IMG/VR virus record: IMGVR_UViG_3300020045_013853
Location: 1 to 24,132 of that record
Reading direction: 5' to 3' (one strand)
Length of the DNA stretch: 24,132 bases
DNA from: a virus
Lineage: Duplodnaviria > Caudoviricetes
The number at the start of each line of letters is the position of its first letter. Positions within the stretch are counted from its first letter, which is position 1. Under the pieces are notes generated by a model that searched no databases, was not told the DNA's origin, and saw nothing but the letters and a program-made list of their open reading frames with translations. The position numbers and the translations under genes are program-made. Positions 23,302 through 24,132 of this stretch are shown here, piece by piece.

Positions 23302-23831
23302 CAAGTAAAGAATGGCAGGATTTAGTAAACGAGTTTGGTGATGATGCTTTTAAACGCATTGGAGTAACGTTCATGGGCGAAGGCATTGGATATTCCAACC
23401 CAGAATGTAATTGTCATGTTGAGTTTTATGGCTCTCCATTAAGAAGTTTACAAGAACTTTTTAAACTTGATGTTGAGACTTATGGTGATAATGCTTATTT
23501 AATGTGGTTATTTGGCATTGATATTGCCGATTATGGAAATAATCCAGAAGCAAACCCTATTATTGAATCTTTTACAGCAGAAAATAATGACGATGCTAGA
23601 GAATCTTTTTTAAAAGCAGATTGTTATAAGCGCAAACAATCCGCAGCTTTGCCGTTTGACATAAATCGCGCACAGAATGGCGATGCTGTACAGGTTTTTA
23701 TTAATGCCGAATTGATTGACATGGATTATAAAAACTTTAGACCTGTAGGGGATTGGGACAATTTCAGCTTTAAATTTCCTGAAGATTTGCGCATGAAATA
23801 CCCGCCAAGGCTTGATAATGAAAACCGCTAA
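23298..23831 (+). CDS. Hypothetical protein, paralog B
   Basis: MTS.EW..LV.EFG, ELF.LDVE.YGDNA.L, RKQSAALPFD..RA and DLRMKYPPR shared with paralog A. Confidence 0.75.
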   Translation: MTSKEWQDLVNEFGDDAFKRIGVTFMGEGIGYSNPECNCHVEFYGSPLRSLQELFKLDVETYGDNAYLMWLFGIDIADYGNNPEANPIIESFTAENNDDARESFLKADCYKRKQSAALPFDINRAQNGDAVQVFINAELIDMDYKNFRPVGDWDNFSFKFPEDLRMKYPPRLDNENR

Positions 23832-24009
23832 ATGGCAACCGCCGCCCATTTACGGAATGGATACCAAAGAGCATATATTCTGGACAAAAACAAAGCCGTA
23901 TTTAGTTATGGCTTTGTTGACTGTGTTCTGGTGTTACTCTTTTCAAGCCGGTGTCCATTGGGGTCAGCATCACTGCATTAAATCACACAAAATTAAAAGG
24001 CATAAATAA
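23812..24009 (+). CDS. Small membrane protein
   Basis: One TM helix (YLVMALLTVFWCYSF). Confidence 0.55.
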   Translation: MIMKTAKWQPPPIYGMDTKEHIFWTKTKPYLVMALLTVFWCYSFQAGVHWGQHHCIKSHKIKRHK

Positions 24010-24132
24010 ATGAAAAGATTAGAAACAGTAATGGCTGCAAATTTAGCAACAATCAACACACTACAAAACTGCAAAGTTGAAGATTTAGAAAATGAATGCC
24101 GACGGGCAAAAATGATTATTGAAGCATCAAAA
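24010..24132 (+). CDS. Hypothetical protein, truncated by the window end
   Basis: MKRLETVMAANLATINTLQNCKVEDLENECRRAKMIIEASK..., open to the end. Confidence 0.5.
   Translation, partial: MKRLETVMAANLATINTLQNCKVEDLENECRRAKMIIEASK

Noticed and set aside
22798-23831. Diversity-generating retroelement TR/VR pair
   Set aside because: Differences are not adenine-specific, both copies are full ORFs, and no reverse transcriptase is in the window.

Overview
AT-rich early/replication region of a tailed phage or prophage, probably infecting a proteobacterium (inferred from TraR/DksA, Rha and CsrA-type hairpins). No structural genes, integrase, tRNA, rRNA or CRISPR array were seen. From left to right it holds: an AAA-ATPase 3' fragment and a RadD/YejH-like SF2 helicase (+); a leftward operon of small genes (TraR/DksA Zn finger, double-HTH regulator, coiled-coil protein); an iteron-type origin candidate next to an AEP primase/SF3 helicase; KilA-N; a rightward module (DUF2815 SSB, YqaJ exonuclease, VRR-NUC, frameshifted SNF2 helicase) interrupted by GIY-YIG nucleases and Rha; then many small membrane/accessory genes. 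The main discovery is that all three GIY-YIG-superfamily nuclease genes sit in the same kind of cassette. Each has an extended -10 promoter right at the upstream gene's end and a three-way-junction RNA leader with an invariant UUAGCG loop and GAAAA linker. Each leader has a variable loop with two downstream complements, the second lying in the hairpin that hides the Shine-Dalgarno. At least one cassette appears to have inserted into a gene 3' end, supplied a replacement C-terminus and left the displaced tail downstream. All family calls come from motif recognition by eye, not database searches.
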